Position numbers and translations under genes: made by a program | The notes under the pieces: generated by a model | Told to the model about the DNA's origin: nothing | Database searches by the model: none | What the model saw: the letters and a program-made list of their open reading frames with translations, nothing else | Part shown: positions 1-13,016 of the stretch, in pieces | Layout: every line of letters begins with the position of its first letter | How positions within the stretch are numbered: the stretch's first letter is position 1 | NCBI GenBank assembly: GCA_024704765.1 | Contig: JAKMXF010000155.1 | Coordinates: forward strand, 346,692-410,691 | Reading direction: 5' to 3' | Source: Oopsacas minuta | Lineage: Eukaryota; Animalia; Porifera | DNA length: 64,000 nt

Positions 1-1600
1 ATATTTATCGGATTATACAACAGTCAGTGAATTGAATTTAATTTTAGTAAGATTTGATGTATGAAATTCCAACATGTTACATCACAACAAGAATGTGTTT
101 CGTTATTGCTCACCTGTTGTGTTTAACTTTGCTGTCATATGTATTCTTTTGAACTTTCTGACCTGCCTTGATGTTTTCAATAACATTCATTCTGTCAGCT
201 TTACGTGTAGAAGAAAGATTTTCTATCTATTCGTTATCAATTATAGGAAAGTCAAATGGGCGTGGTTCGTTGCATCCATTTGATTATTCTCATCTTCTGA
301 TACTTCTGCCTCTGAGATATCTGCTTCGGTTAGTAATCCGGGGTTAGTTGGAGAAGTGATAAGATTGAGAAGGTTAGACGAATCAAAGTCTCTCCTAAAC
401 ATGAGATAAAAGGGAGTGTAGCTTGTAGAGATTTTGGTTTGAGTATTTGCTGCTAGTACTGCTGACTGTAATTTTTCTGTCCATTCAGTGTTCCCATCAG
501 ATTGGATCTTGTTGATTTTTCTATTTGTAAAAAGTGTTAAATTGATTCAAAGCTATCTAATTATAAACTACGTGTATTAAACGTATGTAAGGCTTATAAT
601 AGATATATATTTATACTTAGCATCAATACTCACGTTTTCAATATTTTGTTGTGTGACTCAACAAGTTCGTTACTTTGTGGGTGGTATGATGTGGTTCTTC
701 TGGTGTTGACATTTATCTTCTTGTGAAATTCTTGAAATTCCTATTTTGAAAGTAAAAAGAGAACGATTGTGAAATTCTTGAAATTCCTATTTTGAAAGTA
801 AATAAGAGAACGATAACAATCTACTACGCGCATGTATTTAGTCTTGTACAACAATAGTTAGAAAGACAAAACGATTAATAAGGTAAAATTTCCATCCGAA
901 GGTAGTAGCATTAATTCGTAAATTCTTATTTATTAGTATTTAACATAATTAAAATCCAATTTTCCACACGGTTTCTTAAATATGGCCATCAGGACGCACA
1001 TTTTCTACCAGGGTATATATTGAAGCAATGCGCTGACAATTGACAATGCAACATGTTACGTACGTATATCCAATATAGTAAGTTGCATTGTGTATGTCAG
1101 GAATAATTTCTTTGGTGTATTTACTATTACTAATCTCGAGTATGTAAAAAATATGAGTTACCTTGCTTGAGAATTCTGTTCCCTGATCATGTTGGAGGAT
1201 GTTAGGTACACCGAATGAGGGATAAATTTCCTGTAAACAATCCAATATTTCTTTGGAAGTTTTAGTCTTGAGTGATCGGGCAATTACAAATTTACTCAGG
1301 TAGCACACGATGCAAGAATGTGCTGAAATCAAAGTACAGTGCGAGGGATATTGGATATGAGATCAATTCCACAATGACACCATGGTTTTTCAGGAGGAGG
1401 ATAGGTTGAAGCTTTCGTTGTGGCTGAGAAAGTAGAGCAGCAGAGGTTTGACAGTCATGGCAAGTTCGGATCTAGAACGGGAAATGATTTAATTGTCAGT
1501 TTGTAGTCCAGTCTAATGTAATTTGCTACGTCCCAGATGTCCTGCTAAATTAGCATTCCGTCTCGCTTTTTCTTCACTCAGGTTGGCAAATATGTTTATG
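1..1600 (-). mobile_element. Degenerate Ginger-like (Gypsy-type integrase, intron-containing) DNA transposon; runs off the window edge
   Basis: Minus-strand pieces read GHLGRSK (IN zinc finger), PWCHCGIDL, GVPNILQHDQGTEFSSK, TTSYHPQSNELVESHNKILK, LAANTQTKISTSYTPFYLMF and NIKAGQKVQKNTYD. They are separated by GT-AG introns (741-1161, 521-633). No RT/gag seen; termini not identified. Confidence 0.7.
721..813. repeat. Tandem duplication of a ~46-bp unit (TTGTGAAATTCTTGAAATTCCTATTTTGAAAGTAAAAAGAGAACGA)
   Basis: Two adjacent near-identical copies at 721-766 and 767-813. Confidence 0.9.
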
Positions 1601-1839
1601 TGAAATTTTCCCGCTACCTATCCCAATTACTAAATACCGCAAGGATCATTAGTTGTTAGATACATGGTTGGTTGGTTGGTTGTACCGCACAAATAGATTT
1701 CCATATGATAAAATTGTATACCGTATACTAAATATCATCAGATCGCACAATATTAATTTTACAATCGCACAAATAAAGCTGTATACAGTAGAATAATTAC
1801 AAGGTGAATAACCTCAAACTATAAAATACATCCTGTTCT

Positions 1840-1921
1840 CAGACTTACCAACCCCTTTTGCAAATTTCCCTGGATTTTCAAAATTTGTAATCCAGGGATC
1901 CCTGGAGGGTTGGCAAGTCTG
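1840..1921. mobile_element. 82-bp micro-MITE with 15-bp TIRs
   Basis: CAGACTTACCAACCC ... GGGTTGGCAAGTCTG (14/15 complementary), flanked on both sides by TGTTCT. Confidence 0.6.
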
Positions 1922-2268
1922 TGTTCTCAGCCACATTTTCTTGGAAAATCATATATGAAAGAAATACGTGATTTAGTAACTCACGTAGGATCCAACATCA
2001 TTGTATATGCCATTCCAATCATATTTGTTTTGGATTCCATCAATGGTAGTGTTGATTCCAGGATGAGTGACATAGTGATAGAATCCGATAATGTTGTCAA
2101 TTTCTGAGACTAGTGGAATCTCCAAGTATTTCACACAGCCATTTTTCTTTCTGAAAATCTACAAGAAAATTATTTTAGTTAAATTCAGAGGTTGTAGGTG
2201 GCATTGAGGGGCAGAGGAGCCCCCTAGCGTTTTCGTCCTTCTCATCTCACTATGGTACGCAAATTTAA

Positions 2269-2314
2269 TGAGGCAACTCCATATCTGCCTCCTCGCAGAT
2301 ATGTAGTTGCCTCA
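2269..2314. repeat. Near-perfect hairpin (20-bp stem, 6-nt loop)
   Basis: TGAGGCAACTCCATATCTGC-CTCCTC-GCAGATATGTAGTTGCCTCA, one mismatch. Confidence 0.8.
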
Positions 2315-2723
2315 ATATTTCTAATTATGTCCCGGAAATAAGTATAAATCAAAAATATCATTCAGGAATATACCTTCATTAGCTTATTCTCTTGAAATTA
2401 AATCCCCTTGCACTATCTGACAAAATTCTTCTTTCTGTAGCGATCACTCTTGATTTCTGGTGGGATAATATTCGTCTGGAGGTATCCACGAATTGCTTCA
2501 TACTCTGTTACATCCATAATGAAAATGTCAAAAGTATATATAAGTGTTGATGTTGAAATCTAGAAACAAAGTAAAATGTTAGTGTGTGCATTTGGGAAGT
2601 CACACATGTATAAATGTGAATACTATGTGATTAGGGATGAAATGTTGATATTACTTGATTTGCAATTGCTACTTGCGGGTCAAAATCCTACGCAACAGAT
2701 CTTGACTTTATCACCATATTCAT

Positions 2724-2945
2724 ATGGAATCTGCTAAGAAATGGAAATATAATCAAGATTATATCAAATATGGATTTACATCTATACTTAAAGGGGGACG
2801 AGAACTATCACAATGCGTAATATGTTATAAGGTGCTATCTGAGGGTTCGATGAAACCAAGTTTTCTAAAGCGCCATTTAAGCGGGTGCCACCCAAATCTT
2901 GCAGATAAGGGTATAGATTTCTTCAAGCACCAAGAGGTAGAATAA
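2724..2945 (+). pseudogene. 5' fragment of Buster-type hAT transposase (BED finger region)
   Basis: MESAKKWKYNQDYIKYGF...QCVIC...SMKPSFLKRH; almost identical to the N-terminus at 33375-33620(-). Confidence 0.8.
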
Positions 2946-3284
2946 TTTCTGAATTTAAAGGAAGGATAGAAGCGAAGATCAATTAATATCAGGTAATATT
3001 GTGAATTTACTTTGGAATTGAGAATACATGTTGAGATATATAGTTTGAAAAATACTACAAGAGATTCAAATATGTGATTGGAACAAATAATATTATCATA
3101 TATGGATAACTAAAGTTTAGTAACTATAACTATGAACTGAGGTAGGATTGTATATACAATTACGTCTTGTTTATAGTATCAGCAAAAAGTCGTAATTTAG
3201 TGAATTTTCCATATACAATATTTCAAAAAGTAATAAATACTTTTACAGAAATTTACACAAATAATCCACTAACCTTCAATAGTA

Positions 3285-4424
3285 CAGGGTGTAACAAAAG
3301 TATTGTCGTTTCATATAATGATTCAAACGTAAGCAAAATACAACAATTATTACATTATTACTTCCCAATGTAGTATCCTTGTCTTTCTATTACGAGTGCT
3401 ACTCGCCCGGGCATACTGGAGACCATATTTTGCAAAACATCTCCTGAAATACCACTCCATGCCTTTTCCAAATTTTTGACGAGGTTATTCACGGTGCTTG
3501 CTTACTCAAACTCTTCCACTTTGTCTTTCACTATTGGCCATAAGTTTCAATGGGATTGAGGTCAGGTGAGTTCCCAGGCCACTCCGCTTTCTGCCAAAAC
3601 GCTGGAAGATTCTATTTGCACCATTCTTGCGTTAGTTTGACCGTAAGAGCGGGAGCCCCGTCTTGCATAAAAATTATCTCGGACATCTTTGAAGTCATGG
3701 CCCGCTGTAAAACCGATCTATTTTTGCTCTTCTATTAATCGCATCTTTGCAAGATCCAGCCAAAATCTTTGTACCGTAGTACTCTCCATTAATAGTTTGC
3801 CCCTGAGGTATACATGCAGCTCAGATAGGGCTTGGTGAGACATCAATGCCCCAAACGTGAACTTTCGCCGGAAATTTTATCTTTGTGCAGGGTTCGATTG
3901 AACCAGAATCCTTGCTCTAAATTCGGTCATTCTGTCTGTTTGGGGTTGGAAACAATTCGAATGGAGATCCATCCGACCACAGAACTCTATTCCAATCTTC
4001 TACAGTCAAATCCTTGTGTTTCTGCTCAAATTCGATCCGGTTTTTCTTCATTTTCAAGGTCAATTGAGGCCTTTTCGGCCTTTTAAATGGCGTAGTACCT
4101 AGAGACTTTCTTAAATATCGATGTACAGAGGTGTGAGAGACATCACAACCTCTTCTTGTTAATCTCAGAGCTAGCTTTCGTGTAGATTGCCTTCTCTTCC
4201 CCAAAGACTTTGCGATAACAATTTTCCCAACTCTATCAATTTTCGGCGGACGTCCAGACTTAGGCTTTGATTCCATTGAAATCCCAATTTACCGCTAAAT
4301 AAAATTGAGCTTTCTAGCTGGCCCAAAATAAAATTGAGCTGGGATAATTTGTTTGGGAACTTGTAGGTACCTAGATACTGAAGATAATTTATACTCACAT
4401 GAACTTAGATTGTATAATCTATTA
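3285..4424 (-). mobile_element. Tc1/mariner DD37E (TRT-like) element, decayed, cut off by a Chapaev3 insertion
   Basis: TA|CAGGGTGTAACAAAAG terminus; RVLWSDGSPF and QNDR motifs; MQDGAPA...WPGNSPDLNPIE with 37 residues between D and E; stops and frameshifts. Confidence 0.8.
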
Positions 4425-7400
4425 CACAGGTCAACAAGGTTCTTTCATCACAGATCATATATGATTTTTCTAACGTGATTTTTTGTCCTGATTTCAAATC
4501 TGCTTTCCGTTTTTATCTATTACGTGTAGCTTTTTCATAAATCCAACTATATTATTCCATTATTTTCAATAAATAATTCCTAATATTTTAAAATTTTACA
4601 ATAGCAAAGTAACACAATTTGTATATTAATGCAATATATCCCAATTTACTAGCTCTATTTTTCTCTTTTTTGAATCAATCAATCTGATTTCTCATAATGC
4701 ATCGCAGATGTATCACTACACCAGACAGTTTTTACTATGTTTGTGGCTCCGTTTGCTTAGAATCACAACGACCTACTATAACACATGTCCTCAAGAGAAT
4801 ATATAGCCAGTATTTTGAGTGTCCTTTAGGTCAGGGGTTCTTAACCTTTTTGAAGTGACGGACCCCCTATGAAGATCTGGTGAAAGCTATGGACCCCTGT
4901 CCAGAAACTGTACAAAACTATATAATGCGTTAAGTTGGCACAATTTTATTATTACTCACATGATAAATCTGAAGGAAAAATATGGTGTTTTGAATTAATA
5001 GTTATTTAGTATATTAGTAAATGTGTATAATTCAGAATTAGTATGTTATGATAATCGCGAGAAAAAATATTTCTTATATAAATAGAATGCAAAGTACATG
5101 AAACTTCTTTCTGCTCGAAGTGACAGAGCTTTTCAGTGTGAAGACTGTTGCTGTTTTGCTTCAATAAGGAGATGAAATTCTGGGATGATATTTGATAAAG
5201 CAATACGCATGTCATGTTGGACATCCAATTGATTTCTATTTTATGTTTTTATGTTAACAAGTCCTGAAAATCCTGACTCACAGAGGTAAGTGGTTGCGAA
5301 CGGTATCAAAGCTTTCATAGCTCGTTTAGCGAGACGAGGGTAAACTTGTGTCAATGAACACCAAGACTCTCCCAGACTCTTCGAATTGAACTCACAATGT
5401 AACATTTCCTTTGTTCTTAAGTCAATAATATCATCTTTGGCAAGGTCTGAATCATCAATGGAGTTAACATCAGTAGAAAAGTGATTACGAATCCAAATTT
5501 CAACTTTTAGATCACGTGAAGAGAAATAACCTGTAAATGAGTTCTGTAATGTATCCAGGTGTTCGCACATTTCAATCTGAAGAGAGGCTGAGAGGGGTTT
5601 GTTTCTCTCGACTCCATCATGCAGAAGCACTTCCTCCAGCATTGAAAAGTTCACATAGTTGCCTCCCTCGAGTCTCCTCTTCCATAAGCCCAACTTGTCC
5701 AGCAAAGCTTGTAGCCTTTCAGCAACATCCATAATGTAGACTTCGGGTCCTTGGATTGAAAGATTTACCTCATTCATATGGCCAAATATGTCTGCCAGTG
5801 CATGTTGATGTAAGAAACAGTGAGTCACAGTTACATTAGGAGCTTTTTTCTTCACCAAAGCAGCAAAACCAAGTTTATTGCCAAGCATCGCAGGTGCTCC
5901 ATCTGTACACAGACTACCCAACTTTTTCTTCCAATCAAAGTTTTGCATAGCAAAGAAGCTTTGGAATTTCAAAAATATCGGTGGCCTTTGTTGTTTGTAT
6001 AAGTGGTTCACAAAATAGAGACTCTTCTTTGATGGCTTCGGCTTGCGCATAGCGGACGAAAACAAGTAGCTGGCTACACTAAGTGATGTCTGTAGTTTCA
6101 TCAAGTTGCATACTGAAAGGGAATGGTGTGTCTGCTAGTTCCTTAATGATTTGTTTCAAAATATTAGAGAAAATATCAACTATTCTGGAATGTATGACAT
6201 CATTTGACAAAGGCACTGCTTCTATTTTCTTCCTTTGCTCCAATCCACAAACAAGTTCGACCATGTCCAAAGCACATGGCTTTATTAAAGTTTCACAAAT
6301 CGTATGAGGTTTCTTTTGATTGGCGATGCGATAAGCAACTTTATAAGATGCTTCGAGGCAAGGCTTCTGTGTTGGACAAAGTCCAAGTTTTGGCAAAGTC
6401 CCAGTCTTCTCAAATCTTGCTTTCTTTGTATGAAAACTATCCACATCGTAAGTTACATAATCAGGATGTACAGCTGTGAGGTGCTCCTTAAGTTTAGCAG
6501 GCTTCAAACTTCCATTTGCAAGAACGATGCCACACAAAACACACTGAGGCTTTTGTCCCATCACGTTCAGTAATGTAAGTAAAACCAAACGATACATAGG
6601 ATTCAACGTACTTCCTTTTCTTCGACATAATGAGCTAGATAAACTATAATCTATATTAACAAATTTGCACGGTATGGACTCCCTGAGGGACACCTACGGA
6701 CCCCTGGTTAAGAAACCCTGCTTTAGGTGATCAAGATAAGATGTGGGCGCCTCATGTGATTTGTTCTGCTTGTTCTAGTGGCTTACGTGCTTGGGTGAAC
6801 AAAAGAAATTCTCAATGCCTTTTGCAATACTAATCGTTTGGTTGAACCAAATAATCACTACGGTGATTGCTATTTTGTATCGTATATACCACTGGGTTTT
6901 CGATGCAAAATACACATAAAATAACTTACCCAGATTTGGAATCTGCTCGCAGACCAGTTTCTCATGGTGTCTCCTTGCCTGTCCCCACTCCTTCGTTATA
7001 TGGATTTTATTCTCTTTCTGATGATGTAGATACTTCGTCATATTCAATGGATGAATTTTCTATTGGTTCAGAGTACGTCCCTGAAGATAGTAATTTAGCG
7101 CCCCTAACCTTCACCCAAGGTGAATTGAATGACCTTGTCAGGGATCTTAATATATCGAAGGAAAAGGCAGAACTTCTTGCATCAAGGCTTCAAAAAAGAA
7201 TTTACTCAACAAGAATGTTATAGTGTTCTACTAAAGTAAACGAAATTTTAATTTACACAATATCTTACAGTTGATGGTCCTCTTTGTTATTCTAATGATA
7301 TTGACAAACTGATTTCTAGTTGTCACAGGAACATTCATCTTCTAATTGGCGCCTATATATTGATTCATCGAAACGTAGCTTGAAAGCCGTTTTATTGCAT

Positions 7401-8621
7401 AACAGAAATAAAAATCCTGAAATTCCAATTGCTCACTCTGTACATCTTAAAGAGTCCTATATAAACCTGGAAGAAGTTTTTGTTGCGATCAAATATAGAA
7501 CACACAGGTGGAATATATGTGGAGATCTTGGGGTCATTGGTCTGTTAATGGGATTGCAACAAGGATTTACCAAATACTGTTGCTTTTTTTGTTTATGGGA
7601 CAGTCGTGCAATAATAGATCGTTACAAAAAGCGTGATTGGCCCAAGAGAACAAATTTTGAAGTAGGAACATCCAATATTGAATATACACCATTGGTAGAT
7701 CCAAATAATATATTTTGCCACCACTTCATATAAAACTCGGATTGATGAAAACTTTCGTCAAACAATGGGTAAACAAATTCTACAGGGTTTCGCTATATTG
7801 TTGAGAAATTTCCCAAACTAAATGATGCTAAGCTCAAGGAGGGTGTATTTATTGGTCGACAAATTAGGGAAGTTCTCAAGGATGAAGAGTTTGACAATAT
7901 ACTTTCCGCTAAGGAATTCAGAGCTTGGAAATCTTTCTAATAGATTGGTGAAAACCTTTTAGGTAGTATGAAGTCAACAGAGTATATTAAGGGGGTAAAA
8001 CACTTAATTCAATCATATGAAAATATGTGATGCCGTATGTCATTGAAACTACACTTTTTGCACACCGATGTCAATGTTTTTCCAGAAAACCTTGGTGTTG
8101 TAAGTGATGAGCAGGGCGAAAGACTTCACCAAGACATTCTCAGAATGGATAATCGATATCAAGTTTTCTGGGATGACAGTTTGATGGCCGACTATTGCTG
8201 GATGTTATACAGGGATGAACCCAATAGAGTTTACAAAAAAATTCTTACTCTCAACGTTTTACGTCTTAAATATTTTTCTTTTTGTTTATTCAACTTATCT
8301 ATCTCACAAATGTGAACATTTTTCAATTTCCTATTGCAAAATAGTTAGATTAAGATTTGATACTTAATTAATTATTGAATTATTCACATTGAGACTCTAA
8401 TAACAAGTAACATTAGTTAGCTGTACAACTTTTAGTATCAATTAAGCATAATGAAATTTGTAATATTTCGAAATTGAATTCGAAAATTTCAGGCTAGAAT
8501 ACAAAAAATTCATACGTATTAGAGAGGAATGAATGGGAGAATTGAAATGAGCACAAAATGTAGATAGGTAAATACCGTTTTTGCTTGATGAGAATAATAT
8601 GTGAAAATTTGTTGACCTGTA
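4425..8621 (+). mobile_element. Chapaev3-type (CMC) DNA transposon, decayed, carrying a nested hAT
   Basis: TIR CACAGGTCAAC / GTTGACCTGTA with TTA on both sides. The transposase (MHRRC..PDSFYYVCG...LGDQDKMWAPHVIC; NICGDL; FPENLGVVSDEQGERLHQDI; MADYCW) rejoins across the hAT TSD. Confidence 0.8.
4832..6720 (-). mobile_element. Buster-type hAT element, internally deleted and frameshifted (copy 1)
   Basis: TIR CAGGGGTTCTTAACC / GGTTAAGAAACCCTG; perfect 8-bp TSD CTTTAGGT (central TA, Buster signature); ORFs with CVLC..LKPAKLKEH, QLDETTD, LCTDGAPAM, PFATTYLCESGFS. Confidence 0.95.
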
Positions 8622-9149
8622 TTATCAACCCTATTTGACTGACCCAATACTTGTTCCAGCTAGGAAATAGTTTGTTTTATAGAACAATTGCAATGTGGGA
8701 CCACTAAAAAGATTGTAAAATGTAGGGTAATGTTCTATACAATGTTTATACATTGTACAGTGTAAAGGGAATATGTCTTACCAGTATCAACTGCATTATT
8801 CTCAGTATAATTTTACAATTTATCAATCAATGTAGAGATCTGCCGCATATTACAAATAGATTTGATTGATAGATTCAATAATATCCCATGATGGCAACAT
8901 TTACTTCAAGAAATTTGTCACTAGTAAATCTATCTCGCACACAAATACCTCCAGTATTTGTTGTAGATGGACGATACTAATTATCACCCATATTCCAAAC
9001 AATCCAATTTTTGGGATCTTTACGTTACATGATTTGTGATTATGTCATCTAATATAAAGACAGTGAATTTTCTCTGCTCTTTTTCAAATAAATCAACGCT
9101 CTGTTTAATTGCCTATATAGTATGATTACATATAAAGTGTTGAAATGCA

Positions 9150-9640
9150 AACTTAGTTATTTGGCACAACCTGACATTGTTGGATCTGTAAATCCTCTTT
9201 GTCTCTATCAATCCTTGGATATCTAATAGTGTGATCATTAAGACGATCAAGGCAACCAGAAAGATTTTTAGGTGCTGCACCTTTCTTCAAAGTAGCCTTT
9301 ATTGATCATGTCTTCGTTTGACCATCAATGTCAAGATAAGTTATTCGTGTCAACTATATCATCAGAGTCAAAATGCTTAGCACAAGCAAAAATGTTTTTC
9401 ATTAATTGAGATCTATCATCATTACACAATTATTTAATGATAAATTATACCTCAACCATAGAATTATCGTTTACTTTATATCCAAGATCTAAAGATATAC
9501 TTACCATCTCTATGCAGAAATCGTTTCCACCTATGGATGATATCTTCCGCCCCAGAAGGAATGTGAAACACTGAAACACCACTATGAGCATTGTAGTCCC
9601 GTAGTACTTCTGGGAACAGTACACGAGCTTGGTTTGCCAA
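9150..9640 (-). pseudogene. THAP-domain relic, probably from a P-element-like transposon
   Basis: Broken minus-strand frames: GKPSSCTVP ... VFACAKHFDSDDI ... LKKGAAPKNLSGCLD, resembling the THAP C-x-P-x-C / C-x-x-HF / AVP pattern. Confidence 0.45.
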
Positions 9641-11249
9641 AGGAATAAATAAACAATAAGCTAATATTATATATTAATATTATTAGAAATGGAAATTATA
9701 TTGTCATAAACTCACAATACCTATCGCAGGAAAATTATTGATAAACCTGACAACAATATCAATTTATGCAAAATATATATTTTCATTTTGTGTGTATAAG
9801 AAAATCCTGTTCATTTTATCCCTAGTCCAAGCGCATTTAGTTCAGTGAATGGCATTATGTTTAGTAAGCTATCTTATAATCTAGTTTTTCCAATTCTATA
9901 TTGTCTATATCGGTTGTATTTCTCCTCCGTCACCATGTAAACTAATATTTTTAGCTTCCTCTAGTACTTGTATTCTATATTGCTAACGGATTTTGTAGAC
10001 TACCTAATGGTTTATTATTCGATTAAATACTTGCAAATGCCTTGGAATATTTGGATCAGAATGTTTGTATAGCTATGTTTGGTCTTTTTCCATTTGACCA
10101 TTCCTCTACACAATTTTCTATATTCTCTGCTCGTCATTTTTCTTTTCTTTTTAAATATTTTGTATGGAATAGCATTATGGCAAATGTAAATGCAGCAATC
10201 CCATCCTCAATATTTATATAAATGGCCTAATAAGATCATTGTGAACACTAGTGTTGTTCTCTGTTTAAACATAACCTTTTCTAATGATTCTAAGCAAAAT
10301 TATTCTATTCCACAATAATAACAATTGTATATTGTTTATTAATATCTCAATAGGAAATCAATTTTTCCAGAAAATAGGATACATTTTTTCATTTTCTTGA
10401 GAAGCACTAACTCCAATATCAAGGTTATTCTCATTATCCTTGTTATTGGAGTTAGTATTCTCATAAATTTTGAAATGCTTAACTAAGGGTGACTTTGGTA
10501 TGTAAGTTACAGCATTTACTTTACAGTTGATTCATCCTCATATTCCTCAGGTATTTCATTACTGTTTCTATATCACACTTAACACACATCTCTAATTCGG
10601 AAAATTTGTTCTTAATTTCATGCAAATTTGTACAATTTTAGATCCGACCGGAACATGTCGAACTATTTCTTGACCATTTTTCCTTTTTAAACTAATTGCC
10701 TTTATTGTAACTAATCCTGAGGAATACATTTGCTGACACAAATGTAAAACAGTAATAACATTTAAATTTTCACTATTGAAGACAAATTTCCATGGTTTTC
10801 ATTTCTGATTTAAATTTCCTTAAACTTTCCGAGTATTATTAGTATTTTAAATTGCAATGACAAAATTCTCCTGTTTGTCAGAAGCTTTGAATTGCTTATT
10901 AATATTTTGCTCGCAGGATAATTATCTCAGAATGCTCCCATATTTCTGCGTTCGCTACAAGATAAATAGGACTATAATTACTTGTACCATCTGTATGATG
11001 AGTTGAAAGAGATCCTTCAGTATTTGAATTGACCACTACAGGGTTATATAAATACTTCTCATCCTCAATATACAATACTTATGTTCTACAATTGGGGAAT
11101 TTACACTAACTCTAGCTTTAAATAAAGGGCTGTTTATCCTACGACTACCAGACTTTTTAACCGATAATAGTCAAACTCCTGAACACACATATTGTTGACA
11201 TCATAAAAGTTAGAAGAAAAATACATTTGTCCCAATTACTGACTAATGA

Positions 11250-11740
11250 CATTCTATGTTTCGAATCAGTAACGCACGAACTATCCCATTATGTGATTTC
11301 GAGATATAATTCAGCGCATTCAAAACTTTCAGTTTCAAAGTCAACTCCATAGCTGACCTCTAACAATGTATCCACAACTTGTTCACTTTCTACATTACAT
11401 TTTGTGAACCTGTGGAGTGAGAATTGGCTCCTTAACTAAACATTCAACACCAACAAAGTATTCGGAATATTTCTAAGCTGATAATACTATTAATATCGAT
11501 TTTTTGTATTTGATCCAATACCCAAGTAATTATAAGGCTCAAAATTTCTCCACTTAAACATACTTATTTTACCAAACATTTGATAAACTAACTATGACCA
11601 GGTTGTGTTAGAGCTAACCACAAAACTAACAATGGGCTACACTCAACAAAGATATTTTATGTAAGCACCTGTGGTGACATTAATGAAATGTAAGTACTCA
11701 TCAGTAAAACATGCATCAGTAGATTACAACAATCCAAAGA
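11250..11740 (-). pseudogene. Highly decayed DNA-transposon relic (possibly MULE-like), homologous to 43800-45230
   Basis: Shares nucleotide blocks (CACAACCWGGTCATAGTT, TTAAGTGGAGA..TTTTGA) with 44820-44900; family call tentative. Confidence 0.35.
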
Positions 11741-13016
11741 TATTTCTAGCATTAGAAAACCCTTGGTTGGGAAGAGAAACAACTTTAAGAATTGATAAGA
11801 TAAATTTCGTAATACATAAAACCTGAGAATTTATCGAATTTACAGGTCGTTGCTGGTGATAATTTCTCGTGTTTCACAAAAATATCGATATTGTTATTAA
11901 CGTCTATATCTCAACTATCGATTAGCATAATAATATTTGAAATTCAGTCAGATTTGAGGGAAGAAACTTGAGTTTGAACAGACCCTATTTTATGTAGTAT
12001 ATGATTCATCTCCTAACACTCTCACTCCCCACATAAAATTGAATTCCTATAGCTCAGCGAGTTGTAGATACTTTTTAGTGAAATTTCATATTCATCAACG
12101 TCCATATAACCAATGTATGCAGATAGAATTCAGATCAAATTCTGACTTTTCGTTGGGTAAATTCAATGGTGTCGTTACTCTAAAAATTTGATGAGAATGT
12201 ACCTTTAAATCAAAATAAATTGCGTAAAACGTTCAAGTCTCCTCTTTCCAATGATGCTAATTTTGTTAAAATCTGATAAATATAAGGTAATCAAATTAGT
12301 AACTGAAATAACCCTAGGCGAATAGTCTGGTAACTTCTTCTTCTAATTTTTCACATATTCTGTTTCGGAAATTATTAATACCTTTAAACGAAATTTTAAT
12401 CACATAATCGACCAATCCTCATTAGTGTGTTAAAGAAAACTTGTATCAAAATGATACTGAGATGCCGGTCGAATAATACATTCTTGTTGACACTTTTGTA
12501 AAAATTTCAAAACCTTAATGATAAGTTATCACACATGCATTTACAATCCTTATAACTTTTTCGTAATCTACCAACGCTATACTTTCGATTTATTCTAGTT
12601 TTTTTCTCTAGACATACAGAAAGTCGGTCAAATAAACGATTAAAGTGAACACGTTTGTGAATTTGAATTGGCTGTGATTTCGTATTCAAACAACTCAAGA
12701 TATCTGATAACAAAATCTGTACATTTAAATAGGAATACTTAAATATAGATTATCTTTGGTTGATTTGTTAGTTTGGTTATAGTTTGGTTATAGTTTGGCA
12801 TAAGTCTCGCATCATAAAGTAAATATGGACATATTCCGAATAGAGCTATACACTTTACCCTTCAGTTCTCTTCCCAAAAGTTACTGAAACAACTCTTAAG
12901 GCTGCCTGTAACACTGTAATTAATGACCTCAGGTCAGGGTTTGTCTCCCTATTAATATCACGTGAACAATCGATCAACTTTACACTTGATACTTCAGTGT
13001 ATTTTCTCCCCGTGAT

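Noticed and set aside
4832-6720. Domesticated ZBED5/SCAND3-like host genes
   Set aside because: All Buster-like ORFs are fragmented and sit within TIR/TSD-bounded elements.
12770-12800. Short tandem repeats (AGTTTGGTTAT x~3; GGTT run near 1665)
   Set aside because: Ordinary mini/microsatellites, not a CRISPR-like array.
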